A stretch of 51,620 nt of DNA. It comes from Candidatus Levyibacteriota bacterium. GTDB lineage: Bacteria > Patescibacteriota > Microgenomatia > Levybacterales > GWA1-39-11. Every line of letters starts with the position of its first letter. Positions within the stretch are counted from its first letter, which is position 1. The position numbers and the translations under genes are program-made. The notes beneath the pieces are model-generated. The model did not search any database, was not told the DNA's origin, and was given only the letters and a program-made list of their open reading frames with translations. The DNA lies in the NCBI GenBank assembly GCA_039738415.1, contig JBCLLY010000001.1, positions 1-51,620 of the forward strand, in the 5' to 3' direction. This document shows, in pieces, positions 18,300 through 27,254 of the stretch.

Positions 18300-19721
18300 A
18301 TGTTAGGCTTTATTAGAGAAATTATTGCGAGTAAGTTTTTTGGTCGTTCTACTATTATTAGTGTCGCGTTATTTTCTTATCTTAATTTTACCACTCCACT
18401 TTTTGCAGCAACCGAAGAAGCCGCTCACCAGGAAGCAGGAGGCGGACACGGCGCATTTGCTATCACCTTCTTATGGATTGCAGTAATTCTACTTGCCGCA
18501 AAAATATCTGGACTTGTTGAACGTTTCGGCCAACCTTCAGTTCTCGGAGAACTTCTTATAGGTGTCGTAATAGGAAACCTGGTCCTCTTTGGAATTACTA
18601 TTTTTGAACCTATTAAAACTGATTCTATCATTGCCTTCTTGGCAGAACTTGGAGTGGTAATACTTTTATTTCAGATAGGACTAGAATCTAATCTTTCAGA
18701 AATGAGAAAGGTCGGAGCCCGCGCTGGACTAGTTGCAATTGTAGGAGTCGTCGTACCATTTATAGCTGGAGCGTACCTAATTGGTCCTTTAATTCTACCG
18801 GGTCTTTCAAGTAATGCATATTTATTTCTAGGAGCGGCTCTTACTGCAACGTCCGTCGGAATTACCGCCCGCGTGTTTAAAGATTTAGGAAAACTGAAAA
18901 GTAGTGAGGCGCGGATTGTTCTGGGAGCAGCAGTAATTGATGATGTTTTGGGACTTATAATTTTAGCTGTCTTATCTGCTTTAGTTGTAACCGGTGCTGT
19001 AAGTGTCGGAATCATAAGCATAATAGTTGCAAAAGCAGTTCTTTTCTTAGTAGGTGCGATAGTAATAGGACAACTACTTGCTCCTCAAATTGGGCGCTTC
19101 TTTGCGAAAATCCAAACAGGTTCAGGCATGAAATTCACTATTGTCATAGCGTTTGGACTTATTTTTGCATATCTGGCACAAGTAATTGGACTTGCTCCCA
19201 TAATAGGAGCGTTTGCTGCGGGGCTTGTTTTAGACCCTGTTCATTTCAGATTCTTTAAAGACCCCGAAATTATTGACGAAGTAAGAGCAGCACTTTCCAA
19301 ACTGAAAGTAAAAGCAGAAAGCAAGATTATGGCACGACTACGTTACCATGCTAACAGACACATCGAAGAACTAATCGAACCTATAGGGCTCTTCTTAGTG
19401 CCAATTTTTTTCGTCTATACAGGTATAAATGTTGATTTAACAACATTACTTAACCCTTCTGTTCTTATTGCAGGGCTTGTAATTACAGTAGTAGCATTTA
19501 TTGGCAAAATGGCTTCAGGGTTAGTTGCTGGGAAGGTAAATAAGCTTATCGTAGGTATTGCCATGGCGCCTCGTGGTGAAGTCGGGCTTATATTTGCAAC
19601 CATTGGAAAACAACTTGGAGTAGTATCAAACGAGGTATTTTCAGTCATTATCATAATGGTAATTTTAACGACTCTCCTAACTCCCCCCGTTCTTGCAACC
19701 CTTATTAAAAAGATTAAATAA
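18300..19721 (+). CDS. cation:proton antiporter (CPA2, Kef/NapA-type)
   Basis: Many TM segments; SVLGELLIGVVIGN and PRGEVGLIFA motifs. The ATG at 18300 is preferred over the TTG at 18279. Confidence 0.85.
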   Translation: MLGFIREIIASKFFGRSTIISVALFSYLNFTTPLFAATEEAAHQEAGGGHGAFAITFLWIAVILLAAKISGLVERFGQPSVLGELLIGVVIGNLVLFGITIFEPIKTDSIIAFLAELGVVILLFQIGLESNLSEMRKVGARAGLVAIVGVVVPFIAGAYLIGPLILPGLSSNAYLFLGAALTATSVGITARVFKDLGKLKSSEARIVLGAAVIDDVLGLIILAVLSALVVTGAVSVGIISIIVAKAVLFLVGAIVIGQLLAPQIGRFFAKIQTGSGMKFTIVIAFGLIFAYLAQVIGLAPIIGAFAAGLVLDPVHFRFFKDPEIIDEVRAALSKLKVKAESKIMARLRYHANRHIEELIEPIGLFLVPIFFVYTGINVDLTTLLNPSVLIAGLVITVVAFIGKMASGLVAGKVNKLIVGIAMAPRGEVGLIFATIGKQLGVVSNEVFSVIIIMVILTTLLTPPVLATLIKKIK

Positions 19722-19798
19722 ATACTTATATCTCAAATTGAGATTTTTAGGTTCTATTTCCGATTCGAAGGATTTTTTGTGAATTTTATTGGTATGGA

Positions 19799-19823
19799 GG
19801 TGGTCCCGCTAAGCGGGACCACC
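19799..19823. terminator. perfect 11-bp stem hairpin between convergent antiporter genes
   Basis: GGTGGTCCCGC-TAA-GCGGGACCACC. Confidence 0.55.
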
Positions 19824-19847
19824 AAAGGCTAAAACTAGTCAACGACC

Positions 19848-21089
19848 TTATATTTCGAGTTCTGAAGTCGAATGAAGGCCGGTATGCTTTCTGCGAAAAC
19901 GCCCCACTCGGAGCAGATACGCAGAAGCAATTGCAACTCCGATTGCACCGAATGAACCGAGTGCTCCGAGACGCGACGCGTCCAGAAGAGGCCCTTCGTC
20001 GAAAGCAACTCCTGCGACGAAAAGTGAAACGGTGAATCCGATACCCGCGATCATTCCCATGACCAAAAGATCGGACTTGTCCATTCCTGCAGGAAGTTCG
20101 TACCCTCGCAATTTCATAGCGGCAACCGTAAAGGCATAAATACCCAACGGCTTTCCGATAATTAGTGCACCGAGTACGAGAAACGTCCCGTTCCCGAGAG
20201 TTGACATCTTCACGCCAGCGTTTACGAACGCAAAAGCGCAAAGAATCAGCTCCACAGGAAACTCCATGTGGTGCTCGAAACGGTTCAAAGTGTCCTTCCT
20301 CTCACCATTACGATGCGCTTCGGTAAAAATACCAAAATCGCGCTGCGCATGTGGCATGAGAAGGACAATGGGAACCAGCGAGATTGCCGGCTCGAGACCC
20401 GCTTTGTGAAAAGCAATCCAGGAAATTACTCCGGGAATCGCGTACCACAAATAGTTGGTCGCTCCGAACTGCTTGCGCAGAACAAGCGTAAGACCAACTG
20501 CTGCAATGGTTAGCAGACCGCCAATCCCAAGTCCCAAAAAGTCCCAGTCCTGGTAAAAAACTGCCAGAACAATAAGTCCACCTGCATCGTCTGCTATTGC
20601 GAGAACTAGCAGGAACTGGACGACTGGATGCTTCAATGACCCGAAAATCACCTTGCCTGCGAGTGCCGCGAACGCTATGTCTGTTGCCATCGGAATTGCA
20701 GTACCGGGAAGCATATCCGGTGCAATAATGAGTGCAGAAAGCGCGAAAAATCCGGCTGGACCTAGCATGCCTCCTGCAGTTGCTATGAATGGAAGCGCAC
20801 GGCTTTCAGGCCGATTAAGCGCTCCTCCTCGCAAAAACGCCTCAAGAATTTCCTTACCTGCAAGGGCAAAGAACACTGCCATGAGGATTTCGTTGATGAC
20901 CGAATGCGGTGTGAAATGAATACCCCACAACATTCCCAGGTCGTAATCAACGATGTCGTGGTACGAACCAAAGCTCGTATTTGCCCACGTAAGGGCGACT
21001 ACTGCTCCCAGAATCATGAGCCCTGAGCTCTCGATGAGCAACCGGTGGGCATGGTGAATGGCTGGGGACCATCTGGACTGCGATGACAA
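19848..21089 (-). CDS. nhaA: Na+/H+ antiporter NhaA
   Basis: 413-aa ORF with LAIADDAGGLIVLAVFY and about 12 TM segments. Its base composition is visibly GC-richer than the flanks. Confidence 0.9.
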   Translation of the reverse strand: MSSQSRWSPAIHHAHRLLIESSGLMILGAVVALTWANTSFGSYHDIVDYDLGMLWGIHFTPHSVINEILMAVFFALAGKEILEAFLRGGALNRPESRALPFIATAGGMLGPAGFFALSALIIAPDMLPGTAIPMATDIAFAALAGKVIFGSLKHPVVQFLLVLAIADDAGGLIVLAVFYQDWDFLGLGIGGLLTIAAVGLTLVLRKQFGATNYLWYAIPGVISWIAFHKAGLEPAISLVPIVLLMPHAQRDFGIFTEAHRNGERKDTLNRFEHHMEFPVELILCAFAFVNAGVKMSTLGNGTFLVLGALIIGKPLGIYAFTVAAMKLRGYELPAGMDKSDLLVMGMIAGIGFTVSLFVAGVAFDEGPLLDASRLGALGSFGAIGVAIASAYLLRVGRFRRKHTGLHSTSELEI

Positions 21090-21299
21090 TAACTTACCTC
21101 TTTCTAATGTTGTTCGTTAACGATGTGTTGTTGCGTTGACTCTACCCACCCAAAAACTGACGGCATTTACACGAAAGCTAGTTCGCTTTACGTCGTCAAT
21201 TATTGGCAGGATTAGCCTTGTTAAAGTACTTCCGCAGACGCGGAAGGAAATACTATAACACTAAAATTGAGGATATTCAAGATATAATAAAATTAAAAG

Positions 21300-21588
21300 T
21301 TAAGCACCAATCTTCCATTCTCCGTCAACATTTTTCAATATTGCTCTTAATTCCATTTCTGATAGAATAACCATAATTTTTCCGATAGTAATTTTTGTTT
21401 TTCTGGAAATTATATCAATTGCTAGTGATTCGTTTTCCAGAACCTTATAGATTTTCTTTTCTTCTTTACTTAATTTTAAATTTACAATTTTGTTTTTATT
21501 TTTAGTTTTAGGCTTTAAGTTTAATTCACTCAAAATCTCCTCCGCGCTTCCTACCGCAACTGCTCCGTCTTTAAACAAACCATTTGTT
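21300..21588 (-). pseudogene. duplicated 3' fragment of dprA
   Basis: 289 nt colinear with 23455-23743 (offset 2155). The encoded 92 aa match the DprA C-terminus (AVAVGS.EEILSELNLKPKTKNKNKIVNLKLSKEEKKIYKVLENESLAIDIISRKTK). No N-terminal domain is present. Confidence 0.85.
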
Positions 21589-21746
21589 AAAATGCTTCAG
21601 AATGAAGCCCCCTCGGGGACACTTTAGGGGTTCTACCCCTATAAGGGGTTGAACCCCGATAAGCCCCCCCTATAAATCCCAATTATTTAATAGGATTGAC
21701 TTATTAAAGTAAATTTGTCTACTATATGAATATAACTTATTTTTAA

Positions 21747-22352
21747 ATGAGCTCTATTAAAAATCTTATCGAAGGTGCTTTTTTCCACTCGTGGCAGAGA
21801 ACCTTAATGGTCTTGGGTGGAGTTGTTATGGCAATAGCCCTTCCCGCCACAATACTCCTCACCCAACAACAACAGGACCTCCGCCAGAGAGCAGAAAGTC
21901 TATCACCATTAAAACCCACTCAGGTAATGGTAGGCGAGCTTACCAATGGACTATACTGCTTTATCTATCACGGTCCAACCACACCATCTTCTGAGTTTGC
22001 AGAATTCTTTAATCAAGCAGTTGGAGTTGTCAACAAAGAATTTCCCCAAGAAGAAGGATTATGGCGCAGCTGGTCCCGCCTGGCTTCGTTTGAACCATCA
22101 TTAAAGTCCATAAGTGATAAAGATACTTTGTGTGTGGGAAGTACCCCAGTCGGAACTCTTATCTTTTCAGACCCTGCAGTTCCAACAGCAACGCCTACCC
22201 CGACATCAGCATGCCCAACCTCTCCAACAACCGCAAGTATTTCATGCAGTGGAACTACTGTAACTTGTACGTGGACATCTGTTCCAAATGCTGTAAGCTG
22301 GAATGCAGATATTTACTCTATCGTGGGGGGGGGCAATGACTACCAACTGTAG
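21747..22352 (+). CDS. secreted/anchored protein, N-terminal part (frame broken at a G9 tract)
   Basis: TM/signal segment (LMVLGGVVMAIALPATILL), then a Cys-containing domain. Terminates 6 codons after the G9 run. Confidence 0.6.
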   Translation: MSSIKNLIEGAFFHSWQRTLMVLGGVVMAIALPATILLTQQQQDLRQRAESLSPLKPTQVMVGELTNGLYCFIYHGPTTPSSEFAEFFNQAVGVVNKEFPQEEGLWRSWSRLASFEPSLKSISDKDTLCVGSTPVGTLIFSDPAVPTATPTPTSACPTSPTTASISCSGTTVTCTWTSVPNAVSWNADIYSIVGGGNDYQL

Positions 22353-23274
22353 AAGCGTGTATGGCGGAACGCCAACATGTGCGTATAATTCATCATCACT
22401 AACACTTATTCAAACAAGCGCATCACCCGGAACCTATAAATGCAGCGTAGGGGCGCTTGGAAGTCCAGACACTTGCACAACCCAACCGGTAGGCACATCT
22501 TCAATCTGTACTGTTTCATCTGCACCATCACCAGAGCCAACTGCGACTCCTACTGCGACCAGGACTCCAACTCCAACTCCCACTCCCACCCGCACACCTA
22601 CTCCTACCGCAACTAGGACGCCTACCCCAACCGTAACTCCCGGTGCACCTACTCCCACTAGGACGCCTACTCCAACCCTTGGTGCGGGAGAAGCAGGGTT
22701 GAGCCTTACTGTAAATCTTCCCGGAATTGCCTCAAATGCACCGGTTGCGGGTCAGGGATTAAGTAAAAACACCGAGAGCCCTATCAGAACAAGCAGGGGA
22801 GTTGAAGTAAAGCTTCAGTCATCGGATGGAACCGATGTAACAAACTTTTCATCAAAATCAAACGCTAGTGGTATAGTTCCCGGAACTTTAGTATTTGACC
22901 CGGTTACGTTTACATATAAAGGAACTGTTAATATGGGCAACACTCCTACCGGAAGTTATATTGTTCAAATTAGATTTGATAATACTCTTTATTCAAATGC
23001 GCCAGGGTTTCACTCTGTAACCAACGGACAAACAAAAATAATACCTAACTTAAAGCTCATATCGGGAGATATCGATAGAAACGCAAACAGTAACGACATA
23101 CTTACCGTAGACGACTACAATTTGCTTGTAGCTTGTATATTTAAAAAGCCAATCTGCACTCCTCAGGCAAAAATAAGAGCTGATCTTAATGATAATGGTG
23201 GTGATATAGATTCAACAGATTTAACTCTATTAAGAAAAGCTTTTTTTGAAAGGCAAGGAGCATCAGTTCAATAA
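22303..23274 (+). CDS. C-terminal part of the same protein: PT-rich linker plus dockerin-like module
   Basis: TPTATRTPTPTPTPTRTPTPT linker. Two dockerin-type segments: GDIDRNANSNDILTVDDYNLL and ADLNDNGGDIDSTDLTLLRKA. Confidence 0.7.
   Translation: MQIFTLSWGGAMTTNCRSVYGGTPTCAYNSSSLTLIQTSASPGTYKCSVGALGSPDTCTTQPVGTSSICTVSSAPSPEPTATPTATRTPTPTPTPTRTPTPTATRTPTPTVTPGAPTPTRTPTPTLGAGEAGLSLTVNLPGIASNAPVAGQGLSKNTESPIRTSRGVEVKLQSSDGTDVTNFSSKSNASGIVPGTLVFDPVTFTYKGTVNMGNTPTGSYIVQIRFDNTLYSNAPGFHSVTNGQTKIIPNLKLISGDIDRNANSNDILTVDDYNLLVACIFKKPICTPQAKIRADLNDNGGDIDSTDLTLLRKAFFERQGASVQ
22325..22333 (+). repeat. homopolymeric G9 tract
   Basis: Counted in tcgtGGGGGGGGGcaat. Eight Gs would fuse 21747-22352 to 22303-23274 in one frame. 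Confidence 0.95.
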
Positions 23275-23454
23275 ACCCTGCCCGCAATGTTCCCGTAAAT
23301 ATCCGACACTCTACCTTTCCAAACGGGTAGCTGATTCAGTATATGAACGCGATAGGATGAAGGATTGGCTTGAATTTCCCGAACACCATATAATTGCGGC
23401 TGAAGTGCGCGGCGGAAGTGCTACTCAATTTATCGGGGCTGCTTAATACAATAT

Positions 23455-24534
23455 TTAACTATAGATCTCCCACTTTCCGCTGTTATTTCTGAGGACATTC
23501 CTTAATTCCAAATCCGACAGATAAACCATCAGCTTTCCGATAGGAATTTTTGTTTTTCTGGAAATTATATCAATTGCCAGTGATTCGTTTTCCAGAACCT
23601 TATAGATTTTCTTTTCTTCTTTACTTAATTTTAAATTTACAATTTTGTTTTTGTTTTTAGTTTTAGGTTTTAAGTTTAATTCACTCAAAATCTCCCCCAC
23701 GCTTCCTACCGCAACTGCTCCCTCTTTGAACAAACCATTTGTTCCCTTTGAAAGACTGGAAGTTATTGGACCGGGAATTGAAAAAACTTTTCTGCCCTGA
23801 GAAAACGCTTCTTTTGCAGTTATAAGTGCACCGCTATCTGAGGTTGCTTCAGGAATTAAAATAGCATCTGACAAAGCGCTAATTATTCTATTTCTTGCTG
23901 GAAAACTTCCCTTATTTGGAATCATTCCCAAAGGAAATTCTGATACCACCGCACCACCATTTTTAATAATTTCGTTGTACAAACCCCAATGCTCGCCGGG
24001 AGTAGGTAAATCCACACCCGAGCCAAGAACCGCAATTGTTTTTCCTTTATGTTTCAAGCAAGTTTTATGCGCTATACCATCAATTCCCATTGCCATTCCC
24101 GAAACAATCACAAATCCTACATCGACAAAATCGCGGGTGAAACTTTCAGTTACGGTTACCCCATAGCTTGTGGGACGGCGTGAGCCGACTATACCGATAG
24201 AATTTTTTTCAAATATTAAGCTTTTGTCTCCACGACCGTATAAAACAATCGGGGGATTGGAGATAGTTTTTAGTTTTTCCGGAAACTGCGCGTATGTAAT
24301 TACCCAAATATTTTTATTTTTGATTTCCAGTAAAATTTTATTCAAGTCAAATTCACTTTTAAATTTAAGATATTTTTCTAAATTCTTTCCTTTAAATCCT
24401 GCATTAATTAATTCTTTTTCTGAAGCGTTGTAAATTTTCTCCGCAGTTTTAAATTTATCTAATAATTTTACTAAAGTTTTGGGACCAATCCCTATAGAGT
24501 AAGAAAAGAAAACATAATAGTCCGTCTCACTCAT
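23455..24534 (-). CDS. dprA: DNA-processing protein DprA/Smf
   Basis: GSRRPTSYG and VSGMAMGIDGIAH motifs, plus a C-terminal winged-helix-like tail. Confidence 0.9.
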   Translation of the reverse strand: MSETDYYVFFSYSIGIGPKTLVKLLDKFKTAEKIYNASEKELINAGFKGKNLEKYLKFKSEFDLNKILLEIKNKNIWVITYAQFPEKLKTISNPPIVLYGRGDKSLIFEKNSIGIVGSRRPTSYGVTVTESFTRDFVDVGFVIVSGMAMGIDGIAHKTCLKHKGKTIAVLGSGVDLPTPGEHWGLYNEIIKNGGAVVSEFPLGMIPNKGSFPARNRIISALSDAILIPEATSDSGALITAKEAFSQGRKVFSIPGPITSSLSKGTNGLFKEGAVAVGSVGEILSELNLKPKTKNKNKIVNLKLSKEEKKIYKVLENESLAIDIISRKTKIPIGKLMVYLSDLELRNVLRNNSGKWEIYS

Positions 24535-24571
24535 CTTTTAATTATAAACAAAAACTGTTAAATTAGTAGAA

Positions 24572-25405
24572 ATGAAAATAAAACTTTTTCAGCTAAATAT
24601 TTTCCAGGGAATGCATCTTCCGGAAATAATAGAATTTGTAAAAGAGAATAACTTTGACATCCTCCATTTTCAGGAAGTAACAGGGGGAACTTTTTCCCAA
24701 GGAGGCAGTTATATTATTCCCAAAAAATACTTAGGGGAACTAAGTGGCGAAAGACTAGAACCGAAAGCGGAGATAGAAAACGTAGGTCTTAATTGTTTTG
24801 AAGTCATAAAAAAAGAACTTTTACTAAACGGGATTCTCTCAAAAAATGCTGTTATTAAGGAGCGTAAAAATTCATATTTCGGTAACGCAACTTTTTACTC
24901 AGAAAACCTTAACGTTCTGGAGAAAAAAATATTTACTATAGAAAAAACCACATACCTAAATTCTTTCAAAGAGCTTAATCCAAAAACGATAGGCAGATCA
25001 GCAGTAGCGCTCAAATTTAAATTTTCAAACAACAGTATTTGGTTTGTAAATACACATCTTCTTTGGGGACCAAATTCTCTGGATGACAGCGCACGCATAA
25101 AAGACGGTGAGAAATTTATAGATTTTTTAAATTCTTTAGACGAACCTTTTATTCTGTCAGGAGATTTTAATTTAGACAAAAGCTCCATTGTGGTTAAAAA
25201 AATATCTGCTATGGCAACAAATCTTTCAACGGATATTACTAATACACTTAATCCTAATATTCACGCTGCAAAGTATTTATTTCCAAAAGGTCTTGCGGTT
25301 GATTATATTTTTACGAGTCCTCAGATAAAAATAGATAATTTCCAACTTGTAGATAAGCCAAATCTGTCAGATCATTACGGACTTTCTATAGAAATAAATA
25401 TCTAG
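24572..25405 (+). CDS. endonuclease/exonuclease/phosphatase (EEP) family protein
   Basis: ILHFQEV, SGDFNL and SDHYGL motifs in the usual order. Confidence 0.8.
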   Translation: MKIKLFQLNIFQGMHLPEIIEFVKENNFDILHFQEVTGGTFSQGGSYIIPKKYLGELSGERLEPKAEIENVGLNCFEVIKKELLLNGILSKNAVIKERKNSYFGNATFYSENLNVLEKKIFTIEKTTYLNSFKELNPKTIGRSAVALKFKFSNNSIWFVNTHLLWGPNSLDDSARIKDGEKFIDFLNSLDEPFILSGDFNLDKSSIVVKKISAMATNLSTDITNTLNPNIHAAKYLFPKGLAVDYIFTSPQIKIDNFQLVDKPNLSDHYGLSIEINI

Positions 25406-25968
25406 GAGGCGTCCTTAAGCTGGGTTTGCCGTATCTCTCCTCTCATTCTATTTGCTTCATTCCACAGCTCGTAACCTTTTTTAAGATAATCGCCGATATT
25501 TTTTTCCTGTTCTAAGAGTAACTTATTATTCATCGCTCCCCCACCTGAATTATTTCTGAAAATAGCTATGGCTTTTAATTTTGCTATTTCGTCAAAAAAT
25601 ATTTTCCTTTCTCCAGGAACCTTAAAATTGCTTGCGTGCGCAAATATATCTGAATTTTCTATGTTGGTATCCGCAAAGACCTTTGCTACCTCTACTATCT
25701 GCGTCTTTATACCTTCCGGCACCTCTCTTAATTCGTCACCCTCTTGCACACCACCGGTTGCGTCAATTATAGCCTCTCCCCTTTCATTGTATCTAAACAC
25801 AGAACTTTCGCCATCAGGCGAAACGCTCCCAATAGGAGGAAACTCTTGTCTTCGAAATTGTGGGAGCGATTTTGCGGAGGCTACGATCGCGTCTGAGGGC
25901 AAATCAAAACTTTGCCTTTCTACCTCAGGCAACCCCAATCCACCTATTACTGCTTCTCCATCCCTCAT
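25402..25968 (-). CDS. hypothetical protein
   Basis: 188-aa ORF, convergent with the EEP gene (4-nt overlap). Confidence 0.6.
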   Translation of the reverse strand: MRDGEAVIGGLGLPEVERQSFDLPSDAIVASAKSLPQFRRQEFPPIGSVSPDGESSVFRYNERGEAIIDATGGVQEGDELREVPEGIKTQIVEVAKVFADTNIENSDIFAHASNFKVPGERKIFFDEIAKLKAIAIFRNNSGGGAMNNKLLLEQEKNIGDYLKKGYELWNEANRMRGEIRQTQLKDAS

Positions 25969-26003
25969 ACTTTAACTATATTATTAAAATAGTAAATACG
26001 TCA

Positions 26004-26225
26004 AGTTATCTTTTGTTTTTCTTACACAAGAATAGAAATGTCCGCTTTTATCTCTGTATGCACCTTAACTATATGTGTTCATTTCTTTTGTCATTCTGGC
26101 CCGCTTCGACTCGCTCGAATCGAGGCGAGCTTGTCCAGAATCAGATCCTGGATGCGTTCGTTCCTCGCTTACCAGGATGACGAATAGGACATTTCTATTC
26201 TTGTATGACAGTTATCTTTTGTTTT
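26004..26225. mobile_element. MITE-like element: 16-nt direct repeats, 18-nt perfect terminal inverted repeats, GC-rich palindromic core
   Basis: Direct repeat AGTTATCTTTTGTTTT at 26004-26019 and 26210-26225. Inverted repeat ACAAGAATAGAAATGTCC (26026-26043) / GGACATTTCTATTCTTGT (26187-26204). Core 26090-26181 runs GTCATTCTGGCC...CCAGGATGAC. Confidence 0.65.
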
Positions 26226-26313
26226 CAGAATAATCAGTTAATATTTCTTTTGCAATCTTAAATTAATCAAATTTTAAGATCCCTCAAGACAAAACTCTGT
26301 TAGAATCTTTGAG

Positions 26314-26335
26314 TATCATATATTAATATATGATA
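26314..26335. repeat. perfect 22-nt AT-only palindrome TATCATATATTAATATATGATA
   Basis: Self-complementary. Related to the palindrome at 50261-50290. Confidence 0.9.
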
Positions 26336-26377
26336 TGTGGGACGAGTTGTCAGCTTTTCTTATAATGCTTCTTTTTG

Positions 26378-26407
26378 TTGACAAGCACGTGCATTTCCTG
26401 AAATACT
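26378..26407 (+). promoter_or_regulatory. sigma70-type promoter, leaderless layout
   Basis: TTGACA-N18-AATACT, then 6 nt to the ATG at 26414, with no Shine-Dalgarno. Confidence 0.55.
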
Positions 26408-26413
26408 AGATAC

Positions 26414-27205
26414 ATGGAACCTATAAATAACACTCTTCAAGGAAATTTTCCGCCAGAAAATCCTGTTAGCACGGATATTCAAGCAAATCAATCTACCCAA
26501 ACCCACCCAACAAATACTACAAAAAGAAATAATCTAGGAAAAATAATAAGCATCATAATTATTCTAATTTTATTATCTGTATCTGGAGTTGCCGGATATT
26601 TTATTTATAAAAATTTAAATCAATCAAACCCTGAACAAGTCGCTTGCACTATGGAGGCGATGATTTGTCCTGATGGAAGTAGTGTGGGGAGAAGCGGTCC
26701 CAACTGTGAATTTGCTCCTTGTCCAAAATCAGAATCAACCTCAACACCTGATACCTGGCAAACCAAGTCCATCTCCCAAATAAGTCTTTCGTTTAAATAT
26801 CCACAGGACTGGGAAGAAAAAAAGACAGCTACAGGAGGAGTTGTATTGATAGGGCCCAAAGATAATGAAACTACTTGGATTGGCATCAATGATTCAACTT
26901 ATATAAATCTTGGCGATACTCCAGAAAAATTATCTGAGCAAGCGCTTGGGAATGAAACCCCAACGGGAAAAAAACAAATAACGATAGATGGACATAATGC
27001 TGTTTACCAAGAAAGGCGCTATCTAAATAGTGCAAGAATTGAAGTTTACATTGGAGAGGTGAAACAAATGACTAACTTTGCAGAAGGACCTAGATTAACA
27101 AACGGAACCCAAAGTGTTTTCATGGAGATCAAAGACTTAAGCGAACTGGATTCAAGTAGAAAAATTTTCGACCAAATCCTCTCCACCTTTCAGTTTACTA
27201 ACTGA
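26414..27205 (+). CDS. membrane-anchored surface-protein family member (C-terminal ILSTFQFTN)
   Basis: 263 aa: polar N-terminus, one TM (IISIIIILILLSVSGVAGYFIY), extracytoplasmic domain, family C-terminal motif. Confidence 0.8.
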   Translation: MEPINNTLQGNFPPENPVSTDIQANQSTQTHPTNTTKRNNLGKIISIIIILILLSVSGVAGYFIYKNLNQSNPEQVACTMEAMICPDGSSVGRSGPNCEFAPCPKSESTSTPDTWQTKSISQISLSFKYPQDWEEKKTATGGVVLIGPKDNETTWIGINDSTYINLGDTPEKLSEQALGNETPTGKKQITIDGHNAVYQERRYLNSARIEVYIGEVKQMTNFAEGPRLTNGTQSVFMEIKDLSELDSSRKIFDQILSTFQFTN

Positions 27206-27254
27206 CCCGCCAAAGATCGCTCTTCAAGTCGTGTTCGAATAGAACTGAAAAGAC

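Noticed and set aside
18425-19654. Three minus-strand ORFs (68, 116 and 79 aa).
   Set aside because: They are antisense to the CPA2 antiporter gene, which has clear family motifs.
19786-20971. ORFs 19786-20241, 20268-20513, 20653-20919 and 20783-20971.
   Set aside because: They are out-of-frame or antisense ORFs within GC-rich nhaA. Long spurious ORFs are expected in GC-rich DNA. The NhaA frame has the family motifs.
22434-22658. A 74-aa GVGV-rich minus-strand ORF.
   Set aside because: It is antisense to the PT-rich linker of the dockerin protein, a low-complexity artefact.
22540-22680. Diversity-generating retroelement or variable-repeat idea for the PT-rich region and for the 330-nt duplication.
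   Set aside because: There is no reverse transcriptase in the window. The duplicated copies differ at one position rather than at adenines. The PT region is a simple linker.
23246-23446. A 66-aa ORF between the dockerin gene and dprA.
   Set aside because: It has a non-ATG start overlapping the upstream gene, no ribosome-binding site, and no recognisable domain. It may be a relic, but I cannot support it as a gene.
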